A stretch of DNA of 64,000 nt from an uncultured bacterium (GTDB taxonomy: Bacteria; Electryoneota; RPQS01). The position numbers and the translations under genes are program-made. How positions within the stretch are numbered: the stretch's first letter is position 1; each line of letters starts with the position of its first letter. The notes under the pieces are model-generated. The model was not told the DNA's origin. It saw nothing but the letters and a program-made list of their open reading frames with translations, and made no database searches. Of this stretch, positions 63,652 to 64,000 are shown piece after piece. Location of the stretch: NCBI GenBank assembly GCA_963735175.1, contig CAVTJX010000016.1, positions 272,909 to 336,908 on the forward strand, given 5' to 3'.

Positions 63652-64000
63652 TTATTCGGCCGCCGCCTTCTTCTGCTCGGCGATCTGGTCGACCACCGAA
63701 ACCACGTCGCGCAAGATCGCCGAGACGACATTGTAGAAGCCCTGCACCGGCCCGTAGATCGCGGCAACGAGCATCGAGAGCGCCGCCTCGCGGCTGGGCA
63801 GATCCTTGATCGCCTCGATATCCTTCGCTGTGATCGCCTTGCCCTCGAACACACCGCCCTTCAAGACGAGCTTATCGTTCTTCGCCGCGAAGTCGTGCAG
63901 GATCTTGGCGGGGACCGCCGGATCGTCGTAGCCGAGGGCCATGCCCGTCGGCCCCGTCAGATGCGCCAGCGCCTCGCTGTAGCCCTGCTCCGTCATCACC
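63652..64000 (-). CDS. rplJ: 50S ribosomal protein L10 (5-prime end outside the window)
   Basis: LTGPTG, LVLKGGVFEG, LPSRE; directly upstream of rplL. Confidence 0.92.
   Translation of the reverse strand, partial: VMTEQGYSEALAHLTGPTGMALGYDDPAVPAKILHDFAAKNDKLVLKGGVFEGKAITAKDIEAIKDLPSREAALSMLVAAIYGPVQGFYNVVSAILRDVVSVVDQIAEQKKAAAE

Overview
GC-rich bacterial chromosomal window made mostly of housekeeping genes. Protein signatures (RpoC and HolB inserts, fusA-rpsJ without tuf, the outer-membrane gene pair) suggest an FCB-superphylum-related lineage; this is inference, not a database result. Positions 1-19.8 kb hold pyrR-pyrB-pyrC with a PyrR attenuator, Mrp/ApbC plus a DUF59 protein, rlmH, a GT2 enzyme, envC-holB-ricT-metG followed by a methyltransferase-RadC fusion, a hybrid kinase, ltaE, elbB, mdh and rplU-rpmA. 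Positions 19.8-35 kb are one tightly packed minus-strand run: hutU, crotonase, hutI, DUF72, GGDEF, glgA, NHL protein, ~1150-aa beta-barrel, Omp85/TamA-like, rne/rng. Positions 35.4-64 kb are rplJ-rplL-rpoBC and the str, S10, spc and alpha ribosomal clusters. Roughly 40 single-base frameshifts interrupt even essential genes (rpoB, rpoC, fusA, metG, rplB), so this is treated as an unpolished long-read assembly and split ORFs are rejoined. No rRNA, tRNA, CRISPR array, IS or prophage was seen. The best novelty candidates are the SAM-methyltransferase-RadC fusion, the NHL/giant barrel/Omp85 module, systematic disordered tails on translation proteins, several REP/REPIN families, and indel errors clustering at AGCT (possible methylation).
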